Shown here one piece after another: positions 19,124 through 29,848 of a stretch of 64,000 bases of DNA. The notes under the pieces were generated by a model that had not been told where the DNA came from, ran no database searches, and worked only from the letters and a program-made list of their open reading frames with translations. This stretch comes from Planctomycetota bacterium (GTDB lineage Bacteria > Planctomycetota > UBA1135 > UBA2386). The stretch lies in assembly GCA_947501605.1 (NCBI GenBank), contig CANMWZ010000013.1, positions 1 through 64,000 on the forward strand. The letters run 5' to 3'. The translations under genes were made by a program, and so were the position numbers. Position 1 is the first letter of the stretch, and the number at the start of each line of letters is the position of its first letter.

Positions 19124-21195
19124 GCGCGCTGGAGCAGAGCGCACCCGGCGAGCACGCCGCCTCGCAGCGAGCGCGAGCGATGGCGGTGGCTTCGGCGCGG
19201 AGCCTCCTTGCTGCGCGCAACGAGCGGCCGACGGGCGCGTTGTTCGAGGATGACTGCGATCGCGCAACCGGCGCCGCAGCCGTCGCGGTTGCTTCGTTCG
19301 CGCAACTCGGCGCGCTCTACCCGCAGTGGCTGGCGGGTCCACCCCGCAAACGCGCTGGCGCGTGGTTCACGCCGCGCGAACTCGCCGACCCAACAGCGTT
19401 GCGCACGCTGCAGCCGCTGGCCTCGTGCGAACGGCCGCTGCGCATCGTCGATCCCGCGTGCGGCGGCGGCGCCTTCCTGTTGGCGGCACTTCGCGCCCGC
19501 CTGCTAGCTGGAGCCTGTGCACGCGAAGTTGTCGAGCGCGAGTTGTTCGGCGTCGACCTCGATCCGACCGCGGCGCAGTTGGCGGCGTGGACCTTGCGTG
19601 AGGCCTGCGGCGACAACGCGCCTGCGATCGAGGCCATCGAGAGTCACGTGCACGCGGGCGACGGCTTGCGCGCTTTTGGCGACGGCACCTTCGACGCCGT
19701 GGTCGGCAATCCGCCGTGGGAGACGCTGCAGCACGGTCACGGACTGGCCGCCGCCAAAGACGCTCGCGGTGCAAACACCCCCCTGCGCGCCGGCTTCCAG
19801 TTCGCGGGTCGCGGCAAGCTGTTCACCTATCGCCTATTCGTAGAGCGCGCACTCTTGCTGCTGCGTAGCGGCGGCCGGCTCGGACTCCTGGTGCCCGCCA
19901 GCCTCTACTTTGATCGCGATGCCCGCCCGCTGCGCGAGCACCTGATGACCGCGTGCCGCTGGGAGTGGATGTTCGGGTTCGAAAATCGCCGCCGCCTGTT
20001 CACCATCGATAGCCGCTACCGTTTCTGCGCGATCGTTGCCGAGACCGGCGCGAGCACGACGGCGATCCGCGTCGCCTTCTCGCGCACCGAGCCGAGCGAA
20101 TGGGCGGCCGACGACCCCGTGCACCTCAAACTGGCGATTCGCGACGTGCACCTGCTGAGCCCCAGCAGCGGCGCGTTCGTCGAGACCAACTGCGATCGCG
20201 ACCTCGAACTGCTGCGCAAGATCACCGCCAACGGCACCCCACTACTCGGCGCCAACGGCGCTTGCCATTGGCGCCAAGGCGACTTCAACATGACCAGCGA
20301 TCGCGCGCAGTTCCTCGAGCGCACGACCGCGGAGCGGAACGGCTACGTGCGGCATCCCGACGGCACGTGGCGCCGAGGCGATGCCGACGCGGTCCTCCTG
20401 CCACTCGTGCAAGGCGGGATGCTGGCCGTGCTGCACCCCAACGCCGGCGCCTTCGCGGGCGGAACGGGTCGCGCAGTGCGCTGGCGAACGCCGAGCGAGC
20501 CACTCGTACCCGAACCGCAGTACCTCATCGCCCGCTCATCGTCGTCGGTCGAAGCCCCCGCCCGGGTCGCACTGCGGGCACTGTCCAACGCAACCAACGA
20601 ACGGTCCGCCATCCCCTGCCTGCTCGACAGCGCGCCATGCGGCAACTCGCTCGGCGTACTGTGGCCCCGCCCAGAGACCAAGACGCCCGTGCGCGATGCC
20701 GCGTTCGTCGCCGGGGTTCTCGCGTCGCTCACGTTTGACTGGGCGCTGCGAAAGAGGCTCGCCGGCACCAACCTGAACGGCTTCGTACTGGCCGACACCG
20801 TGTTGCCAATCGCTACGGACAACAACCGCGCCGAAATCGCCGAAATCGCACTGCGCATGTGCGCGATGCTGCCGTGGCATGGCCCGATGTTGGTGCGTGC
20901 GCACAGCGAAGACCTGTTGCGCGACCGCGTCCAACCGGCGCTTGACCAATCGGTCCGCGACGAGCTGCGCATTCGACTCGAACTACTCGTGGCGCGCGCA
21001 TTCGGCCTCGGCACGGACGATCTCGAGTGGATGCTGCGCGACTGCGACCTGCCGGTGGAACGACTCCAGGATCGGCAGGCGACGGCACGGCTCGATCCCA
21101 AGGGCTTCTGGCGCGTCGATCGCAAACTCCCTCCCCACCTGCGCCTGCCCATCCGCACCCTGATCGCCGCGAACAGCGCAGCGAGTCGCCACTAG
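19120..21195 (+). CDS. N6-adenine DNA methyltransferase, Eco57I/type IIG-like MTase plus TRD, no nuclease domain
   Basis: GAWFTP, DPACGGGAFL (motif I), GVDLD, FDAVVGNPPW (motif IV), FNMTSD, ATNERS, LDPKGFWRVD; GTGA overlap with ilvA. Confidence 0.85.
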   Translation: MSALEQSAPGEHAASQRARAMAVASARSLLAARNERPTGALFEDDCDRATGAAAVAVASFAQLGALYPQWLAGPPRKRAGAWFTPRELADPTALRTLQPLASCERPLRIVDPACGGGAFLLAALRARLLAGACAREVVERELFGVDLDPTAAQLAAWTLREACGDNAPAIEAIESHVHAGDGLRAFGDGTFDAVVGNPPWETLQHGHGLAAAKDARGANTPLRAGFQFAGRGKLFTYRLFVERALLLLRSGGRLGLLVPASLYFDRDARPLREHLMTACRWEWMFGFENRRRLFTIDSRYRFCAIVAETGASTTAIRVAFSRTEPSEWAADDPVHLKLAIRDVHLLSPSSGAFVETNCDRDLELLRKITANGTPLLGANGACHWRQGDFNMTSDRAQFLERTTAERNGYVRHPDGTWRRGDADAVLLPLVQGGMLAVLHPNAGAFAGGTGRAVRWRTPSEPLVPEPQYLIARSSSSVEAPARVALRALSNATNERSAIPCLLDSAPCGNSLGVLWPRPETKTPVRDAAFVAGVLASLTFDWALRKRLAGTNLNGFVLADTVLPIATDNNRAEIAEIALRMCAMLPWHGPMLVRAHSEDLLRDRVQPALDQSVRDELRIRLELLVARAFGLGTDDLEWMLRDCDLPVERLQDRQATARLDPKGFWRVDRKLPPHLRLPIRTLIAANSAASRH

Positions 21196-21209
21196 AGAAT
21201 GCGCAACTG

Positions 21210-21377
21210 ATGCAGGTGATCGGCCAAGGCCTCCGCAGAATCGAATCGCAGCTTCGCCGCAGCATCGCGCGCGAGGATCGCTCGGGCCACCGTGCCGCGG
21301 AACACGGGCTCTTCGAGCAAGAGTCGCGCAAAACCTCCATCCTGATGGACGCGCTGCTCGACTTCGGCAAGCAGTAG
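21210..21377 (+). CDS. Possible 55-aa protein or 3' gene remnant
   Basis: Mostly G/C third positions in this frame; ends ILMDALLDFGKQ. Confidence 0.3.
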   Translation: MQVIGQGLRRIESQLRRSIAREDRSGHRAAEHGLFEQESRKTSILMDALLDFGKQ

Positions 21378-21631
21378 CGGTGTCGGGCGGATGACGACTG
21401 GCAGCTCGGGGGGAGCCTGCTTCGGCGTCTCGGGTCGACTGCGTCTCCCGCGCAACCCGAATCGAGAGTCAGAAGAACTGCCGTGGATCAGGTCGTGGGT
21501 CATCGCGTCTGCCTCAGAGTCGCACCATTGCGCACCGAAGGCGCGCGAGTGGCCGGTCTGACGATGACCTACGTCGCGAACTTCGAAACTTCACGCGAGC
21601 ACGGCAAGGATCCCGAGCGTCGCGTTCTTCA

Positions 21632-24600
21632 TCACTTCTTCTGCTGATCGCGAGCAGCAAGTTCTGCAGCGATGTCGACATCCCATTCCAGCTTGTCGCC
21701 GTCGAGGACCGCACGAGTGATGCGGATCTCCGCCTTGCCAGGCTCGGCAATCGCAATCGTGTAGGTATCGGGCGGCACGGATCCGAACTCGTACCAACCA
21801 CTGTTATCGACCGAGTCCTTGCTCGCCATCAGGCGACGCATCACCGACAGCGTCGAGATCTTGCTGACGACAGCCTTGCCGTTCCCGTCGTAGAGCGAAA
21901 TGTAGGCGAGCGGAATCTGCGACTTGTCGACGTTGGTCGCGCGAACACGCAAGGTGGCCCCGCGCACGATGCGTAACTGCACGTCGGCGGCGCCATCCTC
22001 GGCCACGACCACGTCCTGCAGTCGCCCGGCCTCGAGCGCCTCGGTATCGACGCGAAGGTCGTAAACCCCAGGGTTGACGCTCTCGACCTCGAACCGACCG
22101 TCATCGCCCGTCAAGATTGGCGCGGCCTGCATGCCGAACAGACTCGCGAGCATCCCGCCCTCGCCGCGCTGCTTCTTTCGCGAAGTTTCGGCGTAGTGGA
22201 TCTCGGCTCCGCGCACGGGCGCTCCAGAACCATCGATCACGATGCCGGTGATGCGACCCGCAATCGGAACGGTAACGATGAGACCTTGCACGTTGCTCAT
22301 GCCATCGACCACGACGCCGTCGAGCTCGGCTTCGCCGTGAGCCACCTGCTTTTGCCCGTCACTGCCGCCCTCGCGCCTGCCGCGACCGGGCCCCTGGCGA
22401 TTACCGGCCCGCAAGCGGTAGGTGCCCGCCGAGACACTTCGCATCTGAAACTCGCCCTTGTCGTCGGTGCGCGCCTGACTCAAGCCACCCTGCGCAATCA
22501 TGCCGATCAGCCCCTCGGAGTTGCCGAGTCCACCCTGATCGCTGCCGAGCGAGACCTGCATGCCGGCGACCGGGTTGCCGCGCGTGTCCATGACGCGACC
22601 GCTGACCTCGCTGCTCGGAAGATCGAGGTCGAGCATGTAGTCGAGTTGGCCCTCGGGCACTTCGATCGTCATCGAGGTCTGAACCGGTCGCCCCTGGAAA
22701 CGCGAGACCTGGGCCACGTAGTTGCCAGGCTTGATGCCGACGATCTCGTAGCGACCATCGCTGCCCGCCGCGTTGGCGCGCACGCCCATACCGAGAATGC
22801 CATCGCGATCGGCGCCGAGCAGCGTGACCAAGGCGCGGGGCACCGGTGCGCCACTCTCGCGCACCACGCCATGAATGCGCACGCCATCTTCGCTCTCGTC
22901 GGCAATGTCGAGCCGGACCGTCTTGCCTTGACGCACCGTGACGGTCTTGAGCCGCATGTTGCTCAGCAGCTCGAGTGGGATGTTGTCGGCGCGCTCGTCG
23001 AGGCGCGACTTGAACACGGCGTACTGGCCCGGCGGCAGCCCGTCGATCGAGTAGAAGCCACGCTTGTCCGTCGTGGCGCTGCGCAACGTGCCGCTCTGCA
23101 TGGAGAACGCCGCCATGACCGCATCGGCGAGCGGCCGCTTCAATACGCCAGTGACGTTGCCTTCGATCGTGCCGCCCGCATCGAGCGTGATCTCGATCGG
23201 TAGCACCGGCTTGTCGGCAGTGAGTTCGACATCCTTGGCCGACGACTTGGCCATGTCTGGATGCCGCGCGGTGAAGCGATACATGCCGGTCGACAGAGCC
23301 TCGATTGCGAAACGGCCTTGGCTGTCGGTCATGGCGCTGCGGCGACCCTGCGTCGAGGCGAGGCCCAGGAAGTCCATGTCCTCAGGATCGATGTCGATCG
23401 CGAACATGCCGCGATCCTTGCGGTCGCGCTGCTTGTAGGCCGTCACCTGTGCGTCGCTGACAGGCTTGCCGGTCGCGGCATCGACGACCGTGCCCTTGGC
23501 TTCGAGCCCGGGCGCGAGCGTGAACGTCAACTCGTCACCGACCTGGCCAGCGACCACGCCGACCTCCTGGTTTTCGGGATCGAGATAGCCGTCGGCTCGC
23601 ACGCGCACGCGCACGCTGCCCGGCGGGATGCCGCTGAGTTCAAAGCGACCATCGTCGGCGGCGATCTCGCGCCAGTTGCCGTCCATGTTCATGCCTCTGC
23701 TGGCCATGGTCTGGCCCTCGGGCAGTTGAATGGTCGTCTCGCGCATCTCGCCACGCCGACCGCCGCGTCCGCCACCCTGCCAGGAGGGACCGCTCATGCC
23801 ATCGTTGTCGTCGCGCGCCGTGCCGCTTGCATTCGCGGCCACTGCTCCGTCCTTTCCAGCAGCGGCTTTATCGCCTTCAGGGCGCGGCTCGCGAGAACGC
23901 GTGTCGACGCGGAAGCGGGTGATCGGCTGGCCGTCCTTGCCGACAACGAGCCCGCGCACGACGGCCCCGCGCTGAATCTGCACCTCGAGATTGGGTTCGT
24001 CGATCTTGACGCCCATGCGCGTCGCCGTCGTGTAGCCAGCCTTGCTGGCCTGCACGACGAGTCGTTCGCCCGTCATGCCGCGCGCGACGAACACGCCATC
24101 CTTGTCGGTCTTCACGTCGACTCGACGGATCTTCAGCATCATCTTCAAGAACTGAGGATCGTCAGGACGCTCCCACGGGCGCAATTCGACGGCGGCCTCC
24201 GCGACTGGTTGCTTCTGGTCGTCGACGACTTTGCCGGTGACCGTCAAACCGTCGGCAAGGCGCAGCTCGAGATCGGCATAGACACCACCATCGACGACAG
24301 CGAGGTCCTCGATGGCTGACGGCGCCAACCCTTCGGCCGCGGCCACGAACGCGACCCGCCCGGCAGCAACCGGCCGCACCGAGAACTTGCCCTCGGCATC
24401 GGTGGTGATCGGCTCGCTGCGACCATCCGCCGAGAACAGCACGCGGCTGATGTCGAGGTAGACCATCGCGACGTTGGCGCCAGCGATCGGTGCGCCGTCT
24501 GGACCGAACACCCGGCCAGCGACCGTCGCACCCTCGTGCCCGCGCAGCGTGACCTCGGTCACCTGGCCAGCGAGAACGTCGACGCCGTGCATCTCTTCCA

Positions 24601-25381
24601 ATGCCATCGCCTTGGCCGACGACGAGACCACGTAGCCATTGCCAGTAGGCACACCCGGGATGTCGAAGCGTCCGTCCTTGTCCGTCACCGTCTCGAGCCA
24701 GCGATACTTGCGATCGGTCAACTGCCCAAGGAACGCGTTGAGGCCGGGGCGCAGGCTGACCGCAGCCCCTGCCACCGGGCCGCCGTCGGCACCGAGCACG
24801 ATGCCGCGCACGCGGCCGCCGGGCTGAGCGCGCAGTTCGATACCCTCGATCATCTGGCCGCTCGCCAACCGTGCGGACGCCGGCGTCCGGACGTAGTAGC
24901 CGTCACTGCGACCGTCGAGGAACACGAGTCCATCGCCAAGACCGGTCAGTAGAAACGTGCCGTCGGCGTTGCTGAGCGTGCGGCCAAGGACCTGCGCTGG
25001 CCGGTGCGTGTCCGTGAACATCCCGCCTTGGATCAGTCCGCGGAAGCGATTCATCAACGGCTCGAAGGACGGCTGCTGCTTCAGCGCCAGGACCTCGATC
25101 CCCGCGAGCGGCAGCGTCGTCGCCGCATCAATGACGATGCCGCGGACCCCACTCAAGCCAACCCCTGCCTGCGCCACCGTCCGCTGCGTCTCTCCGCTTC
25201 CTGCCGTTGCCGCCTCCACTCCCGTCTGGTCCCCCGTCGCTAGTGCGGCCGTTTCGCTTTCGGCGCTCTTCCCGCCCTGCCCGACCTCGGGGGCCGTCAG
25301 CCCATCGCCCGTGAGCAGAAATACGAGCAGGGCGAGCAGGGCCACGAGGGCGCCGGCAATGACGGTGGGCTTGGTGCGCAT
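21632..25381 (-). CDS. Large membrane-anchored protein with tandem carboxypeptidase-regulatory-like repeats
   Basis: N-terminal TM; repeated G.V.D..G.PV.GA.V...TD..G.F....PG.Y units. Confidence 0.85.
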   Translation of the reverse strand: MRTKPTVIAGALVALLALLVFLLTGDGLTAPEVGQGGKSAESETAALATGDQTGVEAATAGSGETQRTVAQAGVGLSGVRGIVIDAATTLPLAGIEVLALKQQPSFEPLMNRFRGLIQGGMFTDTHRPAQVLGRTLSNADGTFLLTGLGDGLVFLDGRSDGYYVRTPASARLASGQMIEGIELRAQPGGRVRGIVLGADGGPVAGAAVSLRPGLNAFLGQLTDRKYRWLETVTDKDGRFDIPGVPTGNGYVVSSSAKAMALEEMHGVDVLAGQVTEVTLRGHEGATVAGRVFGPDGAPIAGANVAMVYLDISRVLFSADGRSEPITTDAEGKFSVRPVAAGRVAFVAAAEGLAPSAIEDLAVVDGGVYADLELRLADGLTVTGKVVDDQKQPVAEAAVELRPWERPDDPQFLKMMLKIRRVDVKTDKDGVFVARGMTGERLVVQASKAGYTTATRMGVKIDEPNLEVQIQRGAVVRGLVVGKDGQPITRFRVDTRSREPRPEGDKAAAGKDGAVAANASGTARDDNDGMSGPSWQGGGRGGRRGEMRETTIQLPEGQTMASRGMNMDGNWREIAADDGRFELSGIPPGSVRVRVRADGYLDPENQEVGVVAGQVGDELTFTLAPGLEAKGTVVDAATGKPVSDAQVTAYKQRDRKDRGMFAIDIDPEDMDFLGLASTQGRRSAMTDSQGRFAIEALSTGMYRFTARHPDMAKSSAKDVELTADKPVLPIEITLDAGGTIEGNVTGVLKRPLADAVMAAFSMQSGTLRSATTDKRGFYSIDGLPPGQYAVFKSRLDERADNIPLELLSNMRLKTVTVRQGKTVRLDIADESEDGVRIHGVVRESGAPVPRALVTLLGADRDGILGMGVRANAAGSDGRYEIVGIKPGNYVAQVSRFQGRPVQTSMTIEVPEGQLDYMLDLDLPSSEVSGRVMDTRGNPVAGMQVSLGSDQGGLGNSEGLIGMIAQGGLSQARTDDKGEFQMRSVSAGTYRLRAGNRQGPGRGRREGGSDGQKQVAHGEAELDGVVVDGMSNVQGLIVTVPIAGRITGIVIDGSGAPVRGAEIHYAETSRKKQRGEGGMLASLFGMQAAPILTGDDGRFEVESVNPGVYDLRVDTEALEAGRLQDVVVAEDGAADVQLRIVRGATLRVRATNVDKSQIPLAYISLYDGNGKAVVSKISTLSVMRRLMASKDSVDNSGWYEFGSVPPDTYTIAIAEPGKAEIRITRAVLDGDKLEWDVDIAAELAARDQQKK

Positions 25382-25656
25382 GGGGAGGGTCTTGGCAGGG
25401 GGGCGAGCGGCGGGCGCGCTGGTGGCCGCCCGGTCGACGGATCCTGTCGGCGCCATCGATTGCAGCCGCACAGAATAACGGTGCGCGATTCGCGGCGAAC
25501 GGCCGAGTCGATGCGGCCCGGCGCAGTTGGGACCAGGAGGTTACGTATTCGATCGGCGCACGCGATCAGGAACGACTGTTCGCTGGCTCGGCCTTGCGTC
25601 CGCCACTCGGCCAGCAACCTGGACCAGGACGGAGAGCGCCAGCGGCGGCCCTCGCC

Positions 25657-27516
25657 TCACTCCGCGATCGGCAGTTCGAGGACGAAGGTCGTCCCCGCAC
25701 TGCTCGTCGACTCCAACCGGATTCCGCCTCCGTGTCCTTCGAGGATGCGCCGGCAGATCGCAAGGCCAAGACCAGTGCCCGAGGTCTTGGTTGTGAAGTA
25801 CGGCTCGAACAACCGATCGCACGTTGCAGGATCGAGGCCAGGACCGTCGTCGACGACGCGGATCACCGCACGAGCGGCCTCGCGCGCCGACGCGATGTAA
25901 ACCGTCACGCCAGACGGCCGCGCTTGCGCCGCGTTCTGCAGCAGGTTGACGAACACGCGCTGCAGCTCGCGTTGGTCGATACGCACAGACGTCGTGCCGG
26001 CCCCTGGCTTCAGTTCAAGGTGAAGCCGGCCGGCCTCGAACAGCGCCTTTGCCGAGGTCGCCACTTCGCTCAGGAAGTCATCCAAGACGACGTCCGTCAG
26101 CGTGCGCATTGGCGCGCCGGCGAACTGGCGGAACTCATCGGCGATGCGCAGCAGTTCTCCGGTCTGAGCTTCGACCGTACGCGCGAGGCGCTCGGCGATC
26201 GCGTCGGCGCGTGGGTCCTGGTCGCTCCTGGCGCGCAGGAGCAGTTGCGCGGTCATGCGCATGGGCGTCAACGGGTTCTTGATCTCGTGCGCCACCTGAC
26301 GCGCCATTTCGGCCCATGCCTTCTCGCGTTCGGCGACGACGAGCCGCTCGCGGCCCACTGCAAGTTCGTGCGCCATTTGGTTGAAGGCTGCGGCGAGTTC
26401 GCCAAGTTCGGCGCCGCCGCCAGCAGGGACGTGCACGTCGAGATTGCCGGCGGCGATGCTGCGGGTCGCGCTCACCAGTTCGTGAACGGGTCTCGCAATG
26501 GCGCGCGAGGCGGCCAGCGACCAGACCACGAGGACGAACAGCATGGCTCCGATCGCCGCAAGAAACACCCGGGTGAAGGCATCGGTGGCGGCGAACAGTT
26601 CACGCTGTGGAATCGCGACGCCCAACGTGAAGTCGACTGGGGCACCGTTGCGAAGGCGCCGGAAGCCGCACAGAAACGTCTCGCCCGAGGCACCCTCGAA
26701 CAGAACCTCACCGCTCTCGTCGAACTGCAGGCGCTGGCGGAGCGCGTCGGGGAAGACGCGCTCGCCGTATCGCCCGCGATCCGTGTGGCCGCGCAAGAAC
26801 CCGTCGCGATCGACCAGGAACACTTCGGCAGACGGGTAGCCGGCATCCAGCAACGCACTGCGCGTACCGTCGATCAACTGCTGCACTTCCTGCCACCGGA
26901 TCAACGCCAGCAGCGCGCCCGGTGAACCGCTGCGCTTGGGCACGTCGATGGCAAACGCCAAGTGGTATGCCGACGGATCGTGCGGTCGGGCACCGCTGCA
27001 CGACTCGAGGTACAGCGAGTCCCCGAGCGGCAGGAACACCGCGCTGCGTTCGAGCTGCGTGCGGATGAACCACGGCGCGTCAGCGACCGTCGGCGGGATC
27101 CGCGCGGCGCGCTGACCGCGCGTGCTCGGATCGAGGTACTGACCGTCCTGCCAGTAGGCAACCCGACCATCCGCGTCGGCGAGCAGCAAGAGATCGAGGT
27201 AGTTGTCGAGCAGGTCGGGGACGAGCTCGATCTGCTCTTCGAAGGCAGCGAGATCCTCGGCACTCTCGAGGGCCCGACGCGCGATCTCGCGCACGACGCT
27301 GCAGGACTGGTAGATCTGGCGCAGCCGGGCTTCGATCTTCTGCGCGTGATCCTGGCAGAGGCGCGGGACGAACGTGGCCACGACCTGCGCGTCGATGAGG
27401 CCGCGAACGCTGGCAAGCGTGAACCAGCCAAACACGAGAAGCGGCAGGACGCAGGTGGCCAGCAGCGTCAGCAGGAATCGGCTGGCCAACGAAGTCGCGC
27501 GCACGGGCGCGATCAT
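25657..27516 (-). CDS. HAMP-domain sensor histidine kinase (NtrY-like)
   Basis: 2 TM with a periplasmic domain, HAMP (ELGELAAAFNQM), W.EMARQVAHEIKNPLTP, DDGPG, GTGLGL. Confidence 0.92.
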   Translation of the reverse strand: MIAPVRATSLASRFLLTLLATCVLPLLVFGWFTLASVRGLIDAQVVATFVPRLCQDHAQKIEARLRQIYQSCSVVREIARRALESAEDLAAFEEQIELVPDLLDNYLDLLLLADADGRVAYWQDGQYLDPSTRGQRAARIPPTVADAPWFIRTQLERSAVFLPLGDSLYLESCSGARPHDPSAYHLAFAIDVPKRSGSPGALLALIRWQEVQQLIDGTRSALLDAGYPSAEVFLVDRDGFLRGHTDRGRYGERVFPDALRQRLQFDESGEVLFEGASGETFLCGFRRLRNGAPVDFTLGVAIPQRELFAATDAFTRVFLAAIGAMLFVLVVWSLAASRAIARPVHELVSATRSIAAGNLDVHVPAGGGAELGELAAAFNQMAHELAVGRERLVVAEREKAWAEMARQVAHEIKNPLTPMRMTAQLLLRARSDQDPRADAIAERLARTVEAQTGELLRIADEFRQFAGAPMRTLTDVVLDDFLSEVATSAKALFEAGRLHLELKPGAGTTSVRIDQRELQRVFVNLLQNAAQARPSGVTVYIASAREAARAVIRVVDDGPGLDPATCDRLFEPYFTTKTSGTGLGLAICRRILEGHGGGIRLESTSSAGTTFVLELPIAE

Positions 27517-27536
27517 GGCGCAACAGGCCCGGCTCG

Positions 27537-28835
27537 TCAGCTACCGCTGTTGCCCGAACTACCGCCGTCGCCCCCCGGAGGCGCCAGTTTTGCTTCGACC
27601 TGGGCAATGCGCTGGTTCACGTCGCGATACTTGGCGTAGTAGGTTCGAGCGGTCCGAAACTGGTCGAGCGCGATCGCGAGCTCGCCCTTTTGCTCGGCTT
27701 CGTCACCATCGGCGTAGGCCTTCACCGCGGCGTCGATGTCGAGCTTCAGTGCGCCGATCCGCGTCTGTTCGTCGTCGAGCCCAGCCGGCCATTCGGCGGC
27801 GATGGCCTCGAATGCCAACAGCGACTCCTGCTTCATGCCCTGCAGCTCGAGGTCGCGCGCCGCCGAATACTGCGTCATGCCGGCGCGACGGCTGGTCTGC
27901 AGACGCAGCTCGTTGATCGCCGTGCGCTCCAGGGTCGACAGCTCGAAAGCCTCGTCGAGCAGTTCTCGCGCCTTCGCAAACCGATCGGCCCGGATCTCCA
28001 ACTGCGCCTGCTCGGTCTTCCAGGTCGAGAGCACCTCGCGCTCCATCTGCGCGATCAGCTCCTCGAGGCCAGGCAGGTCAGCGGACAGATCGCGCGCGGC
28101 GCGATACTCCATCAGCGCCGCGCCGTAGCTCTTGGCTTCGCGCGACTGGTCGGCGCGGCGGCGAGATTCTTTGGCCAGCTCCTTCATCGCGCGCTGCTTG
28201 ACGTCGGCCGCATCGACCCGCGTCGGGTCGCGCGTCAGCGCCGCTTGGGCGTGCCAATCGACCTCGGGGTAGCGGAACTCTGGCAGCTTGCGGATGGCCT
28301 CGAGAAACTGCTTCTGGGCTTCGGCGTGCAACCGAGACACCGAGCGCTGAACGCTTGCCTCACCTTCGACCGCAGCAGCGAAGCCGGGCTTGAACTGCTG
28401 TGCCCGACGGAACGCGGCGATCGCGCCCTCGAAGTCGCTCTTCATCATCAGATCGGTGCCGATGACGGTCTCCCGCTTGGCGAGCTTGCGCTCGGCACGG
28501 TCGATCAACTGCAGCGCCGCCTGGTCCCCTTCGCGCAGATTCAGAGCATCGCGCAGCGTCGCCACACCCTGGAGTTCGCGGTCGGCGTAAATCTCCTCAC
28601 GACCCCGATCGATCAGATAGCGAAACCGGACCTCGTCATAGATGCGCTGCAAGTCGCTGTCGACCTCGCCACCGCTCTGGATCTGGCGCACCCGCTCCCT
28701 CTCGAGCTCTTCGAAGGCCTGCAGCACGTAGCCCTCCGCCAGAAAATCGCTGCTGCGCTGAATGACCGTCCGGGTCGAGCAGGCAGCGGTCAGGAGCGCG
28801 ACTGACAGGGCGAGAACATTGCGGCGAATCGTCAT
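27537..28835 (-). CDS. TPR-like helical lipoprotein
   Basis: Lipobox TAAC; repeated TPR-like helices. Confidence 0.72.
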   Translation of the reverse strand: MTIRRNVLALSVALLTAACSTRTVIQRSSDFLAEGYVLQAFEELERERVRQIQSGGEVDSDLQRIYDEVRFRYLIDRGREEIYADRELQGVATLRDALNLREGDQAALQLIDRAERKLAKRETVIGTDLMMKSDFEGAIAAFRRAQQFKPGFAAAVEGEASVQRSVSRLHAEAQKQFLEAIRKLPEFRYPEVDWHAQAALTRDPTRVDAADVKQRAMKELAKESRRRADQSREAKSYGAALMEYRAARDLSADLPGLEELIAQMEREVLSTWKTEQAQLEIRADRFAKARELLDEAFELSTLERTAINELRLQTSRRAGMTQYSAARDLELQGMKQESLLAFEAIAAEWPAGLDDEQTRIGALKLDIDAAVKAYADGDEAEQKGELAIALDQFRTARTYYAKYRDVNQRIAQVEAKLAPPGGDGGSSGNSGS

Positions 28836-28930
28836 GACATGGAGGCGCAGGTGGCGCGGAGGCGAGGCTCAGACCAGAATGTCGGGCCTTGGACCGGATC
28901 GGTCCAGCAATCTTCCCGCCCACAGCACCG

Positions 28931-29533
28931 ATGTCCACAGCGAGCGGCACTCTCTACGGCCTCCAAGACTACGTCCACGACATCGGCTCGGTGCTGGATC
29001 GCCACCCGGCGTTACCCATCATCATTCGCGAAGTCTCGGCCTTCACCAAGCGGCTCTGTGCTGACGACCGCTGGCTCGGCGAACCCCATCGCACCGCCAG
29101 CACCGATCACTACACCCGCCACCTGCTGCACAAGGATCCGAACAATCGCTTCGTGGTGCTGTCGCTGGTGTGGATGCCCGGGCAGGCGACCCCGATCCAT
29201 GACCATTCGTGCTGGGGCGTGATGGGCCTGATCGAAAACTCGCTCGAAGAGGTCTGCTATGACCGACTCGACGACGGTTCGCGCGCCGAGTTTGCCGACC
29301 TCAAGCAGTCGCGCGGCTCCGACGTCGGTCGCGGCTCGGTCGCCTACCTGCTGCCGCCCTACGAAGAAATCCACCGCATCGGCAACAACACCGGCAAGCC
29401 CACGGTGTCGCTGCACGTCTACGGTCGCGATCTCGACGAGGTCAATGTGTTCGATGCGAACACGGGCAAGGTCAGCCCGATGCGCATCAAGTACTACTCG
29501 CCGCAGTGCGGCAACCAGCCCTTCATCATTTGA
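28931..29533 (+). CDS. Cysteine dioxygenase family protein
   Basis: YTRHL, W.PGQ.TPIHDH, EIHRI, SLHVYG. Confidence 0.9.
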   Translation: MSTASGTLYGLQDYVHDIGSVLDRHPALPIIIREVSAFTKRLCADDRWLGEPHRTASTDHYTRHLLHKDPNNRFVVLSLVWMPGQATPIHDHSCWGVMGLIENSLEEVCYDRLDDGSRAEFADLKQSRGSDVGRGSVAYLLPPYEEIHRIGNNTGKPTVSLHVYGRDLDEVNVFDANTGKVSPMRIKYYSPQCGNQPFII

Positions 29534-29848
29534 CGGCCCCTCGCCCGCTGGCAGAACCGCATCGGCGGCGAGCGCGCCATGGCCTGAAAGCCGCCGTCGA
29601 CCACAAGCCGTGCATGAACCGAGCCGGGGAGCGACGGCACAGAAGCCGCACCGCTGGCGACGCCCTGGTGGGGTGACTTCGAAGTCGAGTTGCCATGGCG
29701 GCGAGCCCTGCGCGTCGTGCGCGCGTCGCCGCGACGACACGGCGCGGCGGTGGCCAGTTTCTGCAGCGGCAACCCAGCACACAGCATGCAGAGCCAGCGA
29801 CATCGAGGGCGAACTTGTGCATGACCCCACTAGCTTCGACAGGTCCCT

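Noticed and set aside
17770..21195. 1141-aa ORF as a giant methyltransferase fusion
   Set aside because: The first 450 codons are an Arg-rich alternative frame over ilvA; protein-like sequence starts at GTG 19120.
19120..21195. Complete BREX, DISARM or R-M system
   Set aside because: No helicase, PglZ, ATPase or nuclease partner lies in the window.
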